DNA of 40,429 nucleotides from Armatimonadota bacterium (GTDB taxonomy: Bacteria; Armatimonadota; UBA5829; DTLH01). The translations under genes and the position numbers were made by a program. The stretch is from assembly GCA_038207085.1 (NCBI GenBank), contig JBBRAE010000025.1, positions 1-40,429 on the forward strand, in the 5' to 3' direction. The notes below the pieces were generated by a model. The model searched no databases. It was not told the origin of the DNA and saw nothing but the letters and a program-made list of their open reading frames with translations. This document shows, piece after piece, positions 17,952 to 26,945 of the stretch (position 1 is its first letter; every line of letters begins with the position of its first letter).

Positions 17952-19151
17952 ATGCAGACGACTGAAAAACCGGGTTTCATCGGGCTGTCGCGCACGATCG
18001 TCGTGCTCGGGTTTGTGAGCCTGTTTACAGACCTTTCAAGCGAAATGCTGATTCCCATCCTGCCGATTTTCCTGAGCGACATCCTGAAAGTGGCCCCAAC
18101 AGCGATCGGCGTCATCGAAGGCGTCGCTGAGTTCACCGCAAGTTTTCTTCGAATCTTTGCAGGCTGGCTCGCGGACAAGCTCGGACGCCCGAAGCTTCTC
18201 ACCGTGCTCGGCTACGGCCTGTCGTCCATCGCCAAGCCGTTTCTTGTCTTTGCCCGAGTTTGGCCGGACGTTCTCTTGATCCGTTTTACAGAGCGACTGG
18301 GCAAGGGGATCCGCTCGGCTCCCCGCGACGTGATCATCGCGGAGTCGGTTGAAGCCGAAAACCGCGGCAGGGCGTTCAGCTTTCACCGGGCGATGGATAC
18401 CACAGGCGCGGTGATCGGGCCATTGGTGGCTTACGCGATTCTTCGCATGTTTGAGCCGGGGAGGCAGAGCTTTAACGTGGTCTTTCTTGCCGCGACGGTC
18501 CCTGCGATCATCGGGGTAATCATCCTCGTCGTGTTCGTGCCCGAAAGGCCCAAGGAGGCGAGGGTGGTTGCCCCTCCCAAGATCGAGTGGGGCGCAGTGC
18601 GTGGACCCCTCTTGTCCTTTCTTGCCGTGGTTGCGGTTTTTGCGCTCGGCAACTCAAGCGACGCGTTTTTGGTCCTGCGGGCTAACAATCTCGGTCTGGA
18701 CACAGGGCACGTGCTTTTGGTGTATGCGCTTTTCAACGCCGTTTCCGCGCTTATTGCGACCCCGGCGGGTATCGCCTCGGACAGGGTGGGCCGCCGCCCG
18801 ATCATCATTGGCGGACTTGCGATATTCTCCCTGTCCTACCTCGGTTTCGCGCTCGCGAAGACGTCCATCGCCATTTGGCCGCTTTTTGCGGTCTACGGGA
18901 TCCATGTTGGGATGGTCGGCGGAGTATTTCGCGCCTTCGCTGTAGACCTTGCCCCGCGTGAGTTGCGCGGCACTGTCATTGGCGCATACTACGCCATCCA
19001 AGGCACGATGCTTCTGTTAGCCAGCACCATTGCCGGAGCGCTTTGGAAATACGTCAGCCCGTCCGCGCCGTTTTTCTACGGGGCCACAATGGCCGCCCTT
19101 GCAGCCCTCCTGCTGTTCTTCTTCATCCCAAGGGAGAGTCGGTCTCGCTAG
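17952..19151 (+). CDS. MFS transporter
   Basis: 12 TM pattern, motif A GWLADKLGRPK and GIASDRVGRR, plus ERLGKGIRSAPRD and FHRAMDTTGA. Confidence 0.93.
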   Translation: MQTTEKPGFIGLSRTIVVLGFVSLFTDLSSEMLIPILPIFLSDILKVAPTAIGVIEGVAEFTASFLRIFAGWLADKLGRPKLLTVLGYGLSSIAKPFLVFARVWPDVLLIRFTERLGKGIRSAPRDVIIAESVEAENRGRAFSFHRAMDTTGAVIGPLVAYAILRMFEPGRQSFNVVFLAATVPAIIGVIILVVFVPERPKEARVVAPPKIEWGAVRGPLLSFLAVVAVFALGNSSDAFLVLRANNLGLDTGHVLLVYALFNAVSALIATPAGIASDRVGRRPIIIGGLAIFSLSYLGFALAKTSIAIWPLFAVYGIHVGMVGGVFRAFAVDLAPRELRGTVIGAYYAIQGTMLLLASTIAGALWKYVSPSAPFFYGATMAALAALLLFFFIPRESRSR

Positions 19152-19200
19152 CTGAGGGCAGCTGATCGCAAACAGCTCGCACCATTCGTTTTCGGGAAGA

Positions 19201-19575
19201 TCATTTGTCAATTAGGCTACCTACCGTAAGCCCCTGAGGTGCGCTGGGGACATTTTCGGTTGACTCCTCATCTTCGGGAGGCAGCCCCTCAAGCATTCTT
19301 CTGGCATCGCCGCTCGCTTCTTCTGAGAGCCTTGCCTGGTCCGGGTCGAGGTATTCAAGGAGCACCGTGAACTCGGCTATGTGCTCTTTTTCCTCGTTCA
19401 TGATGTGACCGATTATGCGCTTGGCGTTTTCGTCGTCGGTTGCGTCGATATGGGCTTCATAGAGCGCTACCGCGTCGAGCTCGGCGATGATATCCTGCCG
19501 GATAGCCCGTGCGAGCTCGCTTTTGTTCATCTTTCTTGGAGTAAGGCCGATGTAGGGGTTTGTAAGTTCAGGCAA
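19201..19575 (-). CDS. Ferritin-like protein with C-terminal encapsulin targeting peptide
   Basis: AELDAVALYEAH and NEEKEH di-iron motifs, an acidic/Pro linker, and terminal GLTVGSLIDK. TTG start at 19575 after aaaggtggag. Confidence 0.85.
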   Translation of the reverse strand: MPELTNPYIGLTPRKMNKSELARAIRQDIIAELDAVALYEAHIDATDDENAKRIIGHIMNEEKEHIAEFTVLLEYLDPDQARLSEEASGDARRMLEGLPPEDEESTENVPSAPQGLTVGSLIDK

Positions 19576-19775
19576 TTGGACTCCACCTTTCGTCAAACTG
19601 CGCGCCACTGCGCAGACTTGAGACTGTAGATTGCACTGATGTTGCTTCAATCCAAGAAGCAGCCAGCCTGAACGTCATATACCGCAACCGAGCTTGTATT
19701 AAACCAGGCAGACGTGTGTTTAGCAGGCTAACCCGCTTTATTCGTGAAGCGAATAAAGCTCTTGCTAAGAGGGCA

Positions 19776-20117
19776 TTATTCACGCTTCTCGTGAATAATA
19801 CGGGCTAAGGCGATCTGTTTGTCGTTGCGGCTCACGGTGAGGGGTTTGTGAAGCGCCAGGCAGATGCGCAGCAGCATTTCGAGCGCGCTTCCTTCGTAGT
19901 CCGCGTTCTCCAGTCGGGAGATGATCGATTGGCTGGAGCTGATAAGCTGTGCCAGCGCTTCCTGGGAAAGCCCCGCCTCCGCCCTGAGGTCATAGATAAT
20001 CTGGCTCACCTCAAGCTTTACACGTTCCTCGGCGACCATCTCATTCCAGTCGGGGGTATTGCTGTACCACTTATCCATCAACTCAGCTGCATCTGAGGTC
20101 TTCTTGTTATTCTTCAT
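19776..20117 (-). CDS. higA: XRE-family HTH antitoxin (HigA-like)
   Basis: IYDLRAEAGLSQEALAQLISSSQSIISRLENADY. ATG at 20117 overlaps the toxin 3' end. Confidence 0.8.
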   Translation of the reverse strand: MKNNKKTSDAAELMDKWYSNTPDWNEMVAEERVKLEVSQIIYDLRAEAGLSQEALAQLISSSQSIISRLENADYEGSALEMLLRICLALHKPLTVSRNDKQIALARIIHEKRE

Positions 20118-20483
20118 GGCGATACTTCTCCGGGTCAGATTCAAACACTGCCTTTCGCCTGATGGCGAGATTGATCTCTCTTGTCGGCACTTCCGCCTCT
20201 TTGGTCAATCCGTGAGAGACGACGGCTATACAGTCATTGTGGAAGAAATACAACACCCTGTAATTCAGTCCTCCAAACTGTGTGCGCAGTTCATATATTC
20301 CATCTCTGAGATAATCCGCTCGTGGCCGACGCAGGTCCCGTCCCAATTCCGCAAGCATATCGATCATCGCCTTACACTTAGCCGCGGTTCGAATATCACG
20401 CTTTGAAACTGGGCGTCAACCCACTTTTTGTATGGAACAGAGCCGTCTTCATCTCTGAAGAAGACCACTGCAGTCTTTGGCAT
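20107..20483 (-). pseudogene. higB: RelE/HigB-like toxin split by a frameshift
   Basis: ATG at 20483 gives MPKTAVVFFRDEDGSVPYKKWVDAQ. Homology continues in the -1 frame as KRDIRTAAKCKAMIDMLAELGRDLRRPRADYLRDGIYELR...RVLYFF...SHGLTKE, with the break near 20400-20412. Confidence 0.8.
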
Positions 20484-20619
20484 CTCTTTGTCCTTTGTCA
20501 CCCCCAACCTGACGAATGCGCAGTTATCCCAATTGGCAGCCTAACGTTTTACCCCATCTCAACCGTATAACATAATTGGTGAGATTATGGTAAAATGCCT
20601 CCAGGAGGTTAGGTCACTT

Positions 20620-22713
20620 ATGAGAAGAACTGTGCTTTTGTTGTCAGCCGTCGCGGCGCTCGTCGCGTCCGCTGTTGTTGCCGCGCCGGGGCTTTCCGAG
20701 CAGGTTGTCCCGAAGATGTTGGGTGTGAGCGTTGCGCTCGACTCGTCTGTGGACAGAGTCGCCGAGTCCGGCGCAGGCTTCGCCCGGACCGAGGTTCGCT
20801 GGTCTGACCTCGAAAAAGAGAAGGGCGTCTACGACTTTTCCGCGCTCGACTCGCTCTTTACAAAACTTGAATCCAAAGACATCCGCGCGATCATCGTCAT
20901 TTCGGGGGGAAACCCTCTTTACGAAAGCGGCAGGCCGCCTCACACCCGAGAGGGCCGCACCGCGTTTGCCGCAATGGCCGCAGCTGCCGCCGCAAAGCAC
21001 AAAGGCGCCATCTGGCAGGTCTGGAACGGGCCGAACCAGGCTACATCCTGGGCTCCCAAGCCAAACGCGCAGGAGTACGTCGAGCTTGTGCAGGCGACTT
21101 CGATTGCGATCAAAGCCGCCGACCCAAGTGCGCTCGTCATCGGTCTTTCATCTTGGGTGAACGACCTCGCCTTTGCCAGCAGATGCTTTGAGCTTGGTCT
21201 CCTGAAGTCCATCGACGCAGTTGCGGTTGAAGGGGGTGGGGCCGGGCTTCCCGCTCTCGGTTACGGACCGCTGCGCGAGCTGATTGCCAAGCACGCGGGC
21301 AGGGGCAGGACCTATCCTTTGGTGGTCAACCACCAGCTGGCTCAGAGCCCCGCGTTTGTGCAGACCGCGGGTCAGTTGACAGACATCGCGGACGGAGTAG
21401 CCGTCTCGATCTGGCCTGGCGCGGCCGATTCCCTCGGCGATCTCACCGGCTGCAAGCTTGTCCGCAAGCTCGGCGGCAGGTTGGAAGACTCGATTTTGCT
21501 ATTCAAAGGAAACGACGGCTACCGCATCGCCGCATGGACCACAGGCTCCGAGCGCGAAGTGACCATACCCGCCGAAGGCGACGCCTCCAAGCTGAATCTC
21601 ACAGGCACACCGGCGATTGTTCGCTCGGGCTCGGGGGAGAGGTTCGCTCTTGAAGAGGCCGTGGATATCTCAACCGGCATCGACCACCGCTGGAGGCTCC
21701 AGGATGAAGTCAACGTCGCGATTGTGAACCCGCTTTCCCGCACGTTGAAGGGCGAAGCTTCCATCACCGTTCCCGGCATGCCCAAGCCTATGAGTAGGAA
21801 GTTCAGTGTCGGCGGTGGCAAGAGCGAGCTTGTTCACTTTGACCCGATAGTCCTCTGGGACGGCAGGGCGTCGGTGGTCGCTGAGGTCATCGTCAAGTTC
21901 GACGGCGTCGCAACTCCGATCGCCCGCACTGTCGACCTCGGCACGTCGCGGCGCATCTCAGCGCGCCCGAGTTGCCCGATCGAGCAGATAATGGAGTTTC
22001 AGGTCAGCAACCCCTCCGGCGTCCGCGTGAAGGGCAGGCTGAGGCTGACCGACATCAAGGGCCTTGAGATCAAGAACCCGATGGTCAAGTTCGACGCTGA
22101 CGGAAGCGCCATTGTCGCGCTTTCCCTCGATGAGCCCGCGCGCCGCGAGTTCTCGTTTGGCTACGAGTTGCTCGATTCGCTCGGCAAGGTAGTCTTCCGC
22201 GCTCCCGTTAGGAACTACACGATCATCGAGACGTTCCAGGGAGCGTCAAACGCCATCCCGCCCGCGGCCTACGATTTCGTCTCCTTCGGGGACAGCAATA
22301 CAAAGGCAACGAGCGACGCCTTCTGCATGCTCCACGACAGCCAGTATACGTCGCTCCAGCGCATGTCGGTGCTGCGACTGCGCTACTCGTGCGCTTCCGG
22401 CAATCGCCACTTCAAGCTTGACCCAAAGACGGACCTGACCCTCCAGGGCAAGCCGATTGAGCTCGGAATGTGGCTTCAGGGCGATGGCAACGGCACCAAG
22501 CTGACCTGCCGCCTGACCGACGCCTCGGGCAAAGCAATCCAGCCCGCCGGTTTCGTGATGGACACCAAGCAGTGGCGTTACAAGACGATACAGATCGACA
22601 CCGCAGGCTCCGAAGCGCCCTACAAGCTCGAAACCCTCGCGCTGATCGACCCCCAGGGCGCCGCCGCAATCGGCAGCATCTACCTCGGGCCGATCATGGT
22701 GGTTTCGGAGTAG
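20620..22713 (+). CDS. Secreted clan GH-A (GH39/GH5-like) glycoside hydrolase homologue with C-terminal beta-sandwich/CBM-like domains, probably non-catalytic
   Basis: Signal peptide after aggagg RBS, RTEVRWSDLEKEKGVYDFS, WQVWNGPN in place of WNEPN, AIKAADPSA, and CBM-like LGMWLQGDGNG. Confidence 0.7.
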   Translation: MRRTVLLLSAVAALVASAVVAAPGLSEQVVPKMLGVSVALDSSVDRVAESGAGFARTEVRWSDLEKEKGVYDFSALDSLFTKLESKDIRAIIVISGGNPLYESGRPPHTREGRTAFAAMAAAAAAKHKGAIWQVWNGPNQATSWAPKPNAQEYVELVQATSIAIKAADPSALVIGLSSWVNDLAFASRCFELGLLKSIDAVAVEGGGAGLPALGYGPLRELIAKHAGRGRTYPLVVNHQLAQSPAFVQTAGQLTDIADGVAVSIWPGAADSLGDLTGCKLVRKLGGRLEDSILLFKGNDGYRIAAWTTGSEREVTIPAEGDASKLNLTGTPAIVRSGSGERFALEEAVDISTGIDHRWRLQDEVNVAIVNPLSRTLKGEASITVPGMPKPMSRKFSVGGGKSELVHFDPIVLWDGRASVVAEVIVKFDGVATPIARTVDLGTSRRISARPSCPIEQIMEFQVSNPSGVRVKGRLRLTDIKGLEIKNPMVKFDADGSAIVALSLDEPARREFSFGYELLDSLGKVVFRAPVRNYTIIETFQGASNAIPPAAYDFVSFGDSNTKATSDAFCMLHDSQYTSLQRMSVLRLRYSCASGNRHFKLDPKTDLTLQGKPIELGMWLQGDGNGTKLTCRLTDASGKAIQPAGFVMDTKQWRYKTIQIDTAGSEAPYKLETLALIDPQGAAAIGSIYLGPIMVVSE

Positions 22714-22903
22714 CTATTAGCTGTTAGCACAAGAGCTTCTGCTGGATGGTGGGCTGCAGACTCCTGTCCAATATCTAAAAATAACAACGGGTGCAGTGAA
22801 CTCTCTCACTGCACCCGTTCTGCATTTCTTGTAACTACTGACGGTTAACTACTGGTAGCTAATAGCTAACTGCTAATAGCTAAAGGCTAAAGCCTAACAG
22901 CTA
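22711..22903. repeat. Inverted blocks of heptamer repeats (TAGCTAT/TAGCTGT-like) flanking a terminator
   Basis: tagctattagctgttagc at 22711-22728 and gctaatagctaactgctaatagctaaaggctaaagcctaacagcta at 22858-22903. Confidence 0.7.
22786..22819. terminator. 14-bp perfect hairpin between convergent genes
   Basis: aacgggtgcagtga-N6-tcactgcacccgtt. Confidence 0.75.
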
Positions 22904-24085
22904 CCCCTTAACCTGCCGATACATCCGAGCCTGCAGCCCGTGCACCGCGACCATTCCTTCCATCTTGGACTGATCGAAGGTCTGGGAGTCGAAGCTTGCG
23001 AGGTCCTCGTTGTAGAGCGCGAACTTGCTTGCGCGGCCCATCACCTTGACGCTTCCCTTGAAGAATCTTAGCTTGACCGAGCCCGTCACGCGCTCCTGGA
23101 TTTTGTTGATGAACGCCTCAAGGTCGTCTTTGAACGGGTCGAACCACAGGCCCTGGTAGGCAAGCTTGCCCCATTCCTGGTCTACGAGCGACTTGAACCG
23201 CAGTTCTTCCATCGTGCAGACCAGCGACTCAAGCGCCTTGTGCGCCATAATGATCGGAACCGCCGCCGGGCACTCGTAGTTCTCGCGAACCTTGAGGCCG
23301 ATCATCCGGTCTTCCATAATGTCGACGCGCCCGACGCCGTTTTCGCCTGCGATGTCGTGCATTCGGGTGATCATCTCAACGGGTGAGAGCCTGTCGCCGT
23401 TCACCGACACCGGCACGCCGTCCTCAAAGCCGAGGTCGACCTCGGTCGAGGTGTTCGGGGCGTCTTCAGGGCTCTTGGTCCATATAAAGATCTCCTCCGG
23501 AGGCATAAAGTCGGGCTCTTCGAGCCGTCCGCCTTCGATTGAGCGGCCCCACATATTCTCATCGATAGACCAAATCTTGTCCGTGCTCTGGCTGATCGGG
23601 ATGCCCTTCTGTTTTGCGTACTCGATCTCCCAGGTGCGGGTCATGGTCTTCTCGCGCATCGGCGCGATGATCGGCATCTCGGGCATAAGCGCGCGCATGA
23701 CGAACTCGATCCTGAACTGGTCGTTGCCCTTGCCCGTGCAGCCGTGGCAGAACGCGTCTCCACTGACTTTCTTGGCGATCTCAACGGCCTTCAGACCGAT
23801 CAGAGGCCTGGCGATCGACGTGCTGATCGGGTAACCCTGATAGTCGCCGTTTGCCTTGATCGCCGGGAAGATAAAGTCCTCTGCGAACTCCTTCTTGGCG
23901 TCGATCGTATAATGCTCGGTCCCAAGCGCCTTGGCTTTCGCCTCGGCCTCCCGAACGTCCGATGCCGGCTGCCCAACGTCGACGGTGCAGGTGACCACAT
24001 GGTCAAACCCATAGTCCTCCCGCATCATCGGAATGGCGACCGACGTATCAAGCCCGCCGGAATAGACGAGCACGACTGTTTTCAT
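22901..24085 (-). CDS. argG: Argininosuccinate synthase
   Basis: YSGGLDTS, ARPLI, HGCTGKGNDQFR, SIDENMWGRSIEGG, GLKVRENYECPAA. aggagg RBS. Confidence 0.97.
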   Translation of the reverse strand: MKTVVLVYSGGLDTSVAIPMMREDYGFDHVVTCTVDVGQPASDVREAEAKAKALGTEHYTIDAKKEFAEDFIFPAIKANGDYQGYPISTSIARPLIGLKAVEIAKKVSGDAFCHGCTGKGNDQFRIEFVMRALMPEMPIIAPMREKTMTRTWEIEYAKQKGIPISQSTDKIWSIDENMWGRSIEGGRLEEPDFMPPEEIFIWTKSPEDAPNTSTEVDLGFEDGVPVSVNGDRLSPVEMITRMHDIAGENGVGRVDIMEDRMIGLKVRENYECPAAVPIIMAHKALESLVCTMEELRFKSLVDQEWGKLAYQGLWFDPFKDDLEAFINKIQERVTGSVKLRFFKGSVKVMGRASKFALYNEDLASFDSQTFDQSKMEGMVAVHGLQARMYRQVKG

Positions 24086-24120
24086 CAACTTTCCTCCTGG
24101 TTATTATGTTACGTAAACTT

Positions 24121-24203
24121 GTTGGTCGAGGGAATCCGTCCCCCCGACCCAATCACCGATTATGCTCGATAACTGAGCTGGGGGACAGATTCCCCGGACG
24201 AAC
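24121..24203. repeat. Inverted pair of REP-like palindromes between argF and argG
   Basis: gttggtcgagggaatccgtccccc ... gggggacagattccccggacgaac. Confidence 0.6.
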
Positions 24204-24209
24204 GTCGAT

Positions 24210-25676
24210 TCAGACTATCAAACTCATTATCGCCTTCTGAACATGCAGGCGATTCTCTGCCTCATCCAGCACAAACGACTGCGGCCCGTCCAGCACCTCG
24301 TCGGTGATCTCGTCGCCTCGATGCGCGGGCAGACAATGCAGCACAATCGCATCAGACTTGGCCTTGGCGACCAGCTCTGAATTGACCTGATAAGCGGCGA
24401 ACACCTTCTTGCGCTCGGCGGTTTCGTCTTCCTGGCCCATCGATGCCCAGACGTCGGTGTAGATCACGTCGGCGTCCTCGACGGCCTCGGACGGATCACG
24501 CACGATCTCGATCGTCGACCCCGTGCTCGCCGCGATTTCACGGGCGCGCTCGACGACTTTTGCGTCCGGATCATACCCCTCAGGGCAGGCCAGCGCAAAT
24601 CGCATTCCGACTTTGGCGGCAAGGAGCATCAGGCTCTGCGCGACGTTGTTGCCGTCGCCGATGAACGCGAGCTTCAGCCCGCGCAGCCCGTGCTTGTTCT
24701 CCTGAATGGTCAGGAAGTCGGCGAGCGCCTGGCAGGGGTGCTCAAGGTCTGAGAGCCCGTTTATGACAGGGATCGACGCGTTGTTCGCAAGCCCAGTGAC
24801 GGTGCCGTGCGAGAAGACGCGCGCCATAATGACATCACACCAGCGCGACAGGTTGCGGCTGACGTCGGCGACCGACTCACGCTGCCCGAGCTGGATGTCA
24901 GACGGCGCAAGGTAGATCGCATGCCCGCCGAGCTGGGTCATCCCCACCTCAAACGTCACGCGGGTCCGAAGCGACGGCTTCTCGAAGATCATCGCAAGCG
25001 TCTGGCCTGCGAGTATGCTCTGATGCGCCGTCGGGTCCTTCTTGCCGGTCGCCTTAAGCAGTGTCGCGACTGAGAGCACCAGATCGATCTCTTCTTTTGA
25101 CAGGTCATCGATCGACATAATGCTGCGCCCGCGCAGGCGATGGGTGGTTTTGAGCGCGACCAAGGTCAGCGGGTGCTGCGCCACGTCGCCTCCGATAAGG
25201 TTACGCACGACCTCGCGGCTCTTCTCTCGGATATCCTGGTCGCGACCCGACTGAAGCTTGCGCACGGCGTTTCGCGCCTTGTCCAAGCTTGCGCCTGAGG
25301 TTGTCAGCACCTTGCCGGCGGTCCCTTCCTTCTCGCGGATCAGGCCAAGGAGCAGATGCTCGGTCCCGATGTAGTTGTTATCGAGGAACCGCGCCTCTTC
25401 GTAGGCCCGGTCGATAACCTTCTTCGATCGGGGCGAAAGCTGCATGTCCTGCCCGATCTTGCCGTTGCCCGGAGGCGTCTGGCCCTTGACTGTTTCTCTA
25501 AGCTGCTCCGGGTCGATCTTCAAATCCTCGAGGGTGATCGTCGCGATGCTGTTCTTCTCGCGCAGCAGACCAAGGAGCAGGTGTTCGGAGAGCACATTGT
25601 TCTCTCCGAGTTTGCCCGCTTCCTCCTGGGCGAAGAAGATGACCCTTTTTGCTCTCTCAGTGAACTTTTCCCACAT
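24210..25676 (-). CDS. argF: Fusion: ClpC-type N-terminal repeat (Clp_N) domain plus ornithine carbamoyltransferase
   Basis: aa 1-143 carry FTERAKRV...SEHLLLGLLRE...SPRSKKVI...GTEHLLLGLIRE. From about aa 180 the OTC motifs are FEKPSLRTR, NGLSDLEHPCQ, GDGNN, TDVWASMG, HCLPAHRG and AENRLH. It sits between argD and argG. Confidence 0.95.
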   Translation of the reverse strand: MWEKFTERAKRVIFFAQEEAGKLGENNVLSEHLLLGLLREKNSIATITLEDLKIDPEQLRETVKGQTPPGNGKIGQDMQLSPRSKKVIDRAYEEARFLDNNYIGTEHLLLGLIREKEGTAGKVLTTSGASLDKARNAVRKLQSGRDQDIREKSREVVRNLIGGDVAQHPLTLVALKTTHRLRGRSIMSIDDLSKEEIDLVLSVATLLKATGKKDPTAHQSILAGQTLAMIFEKPSLRTRVTFEVGMTQLGGHAIYLAPSDIQLGQRESVADVSRNLSRWCDVIMARVFSHGTVTGLANNASIPVINGLSDLEHPCQALADFLTIQENKHGLRGLKLAFIGDGNNVAQSLMLLAAKVGMRFALACPEGYDPDAKVVERAREIAASTGSTIEIVRDPSEAVEDADVIYTDVWASMGQEDETAERKKVFAAYQVNSELVAKAKSDAIVLHCLPAHRGDEITDEVLDGPQSFVLDEAENRLHVQKAIMSLIV

Positions 25677-25678
25677 GG

Positions 25679-26908
25679 CTATTTTCCTTCTCCGCCGCCC
25701 ATCCCCGCGGCGGCAATTGCTCCGTTAAGAATTCCGATGGCTTTGTCCACCTCCGCCCGCGTTACCGTGAGCGGCGGGATAAGCCTGATTATGTGATCGC
25801 CGATCCCATTGATGATCAGTCCGTTATCCATACAAATCTCAGCGATGTTCTTCACGACCGCCGCTTCAAACTGCACCGCGATCATAAGCCCAAGGCCCCT
25901 GACTTCCAGAATCTGCCCCGAGTACTTTTCTTGAAGCTTCCTGAGCTCTCCCATGAAATACTCGCCGGTGTCGCGGGCGTTTTCGACCAAACCCTCTTCG
26001 TGGATCGTCGAAAGCGTCGCAATCGCCGCCGCGGAGGCAAGTGGGTTGCCTCCGAAAGTCGCCGCATGGTCTCCGGGCTCGAACACGGTAGCCGCCTCGC
26101 CCCTTGCAAGACATGCGCCGATCGGGAACCCGCCGCCGAGCGTCTTCGCAAGCGTCATAACGTCGGGAATCACGCCGAAGTGCTCGTAAGCGAACAGCTT
26201 TCCAGTCCTTCCAAGCCCCGTCTGAACCTCATCGAATATGAGAAGCGCGCCGTCGGAGTCGCAGGCTGTCCTTGCAAACTGCAGGTAATCCAGGCTCGCT
26301 GGATGCACTCCGCTTTCGCCCTGAACAGGCTCAAGGATCACCGCGCAGGTGTTCTCGTTGATCGCCTCTTCAAGCGCCTCTATGTCGTTATACGGCACAT
26401 ACTTGAACCCCGGCACAAGCGGCTCGAACGCCTTCTGATACTTGTGCTGCCCCGTCGCGGTGATCGAGCCCATTGTCCTTCCGTGGAAAGACTTGAGCGC
26501 CGTCACGATCTCGAACTTCGAGTCCGAGGTCCTCTTGCCGAACTTGCGGGCGAGCTTGATCGCCGCCTCGTTGGCTTCGGTGCCGGAGCTGCAGAAAAAC
26601 GCCTTGTCAAACTCCGACCACTCCACGAGCATCTTCGCGAGTTGCGGCTGCTCTTCGGTGTAGTAAAGGTTCGACGTGTGCATCAGCTTGGCGGCCTGCT
26701 TTGCGATAGCATCGACGAGTTTGGGGTGGCAGTGCCCGAGCCCGTTGACGGCGATTCCCGACACGAAGTCAAGATACTCCTTGCCGTCGGCGTCCCAGAC
26801 CTTGGTCCCTTCGCCCTTGATGATCGCAAGCGGCAGCCTGCCATAGGTGGTCATTACATATTTCTTATCTAACTCAACGATCTCTTTGTAAGTCATGTTT
26901 GTATCCAT
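25679..26908 (-). CDS. argD: Acetylornithine aminotransferase
   Basis: YLDFVSGIAVNGLGH, SGTEANE, SFHGRT, EPVQGESG, FDEVQTG, LAKTLGGG, TFGGNP. Start is ATG 26908 or 26896. Confidence 0.93.
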   Translation of the reverse strand: MDTNMTYKEIVELDKKYVMTTYGRLPLAIIKGEGTKVWDADGKEYLDFVSGIAVNGLGHCHPKLVDAIAKQAAKLMHTSNLYYTEEQPQLAKMLVEWSEFDKAFFCSSGTEANEAAIKLARKFGKRTSDSKFEIVTALKSFHGRTMGSITATGQHKYQKAFEPLVPGFKYVPYNDIEALEEAINENTCAVILEPVQGESGVHPASLDYLQFARTACDSDGALLIFDEVQTGLGRTGKLFAYEHFGVIPDVMTLAKTLGGGFPIGACLARGEAATVFEPGDHAATFGGNPLASAAAIATLSTIHEEGLVENARDTGEYFMGELRKLQEKYSGQILEVRGLGLMIAVQFEAAVVKNIAEICMDNGLIINGIGDHIIRLIPPLTVTRAEVDKAIGILNGAIAAAGMGGGEGK

Positions 26909-26945
26909 TCCAAATAAAGCTATCAGCGAAATCGCCATCCCTGAT

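Noticed and set aside
20420..20432. AAAAAG as a programmed -1 frameshift site rescuing higB
   Set aside because: The -1 frame hits TGA three codons later, so the break must lie downstream and looks like a simple indel.
24210..25676. Calling this ORF clpC or a clpC pseudogene
   Set aside because: It has no Walker A/B or AAA+ domain, and the remainder is an intact OTC in arg operon context.
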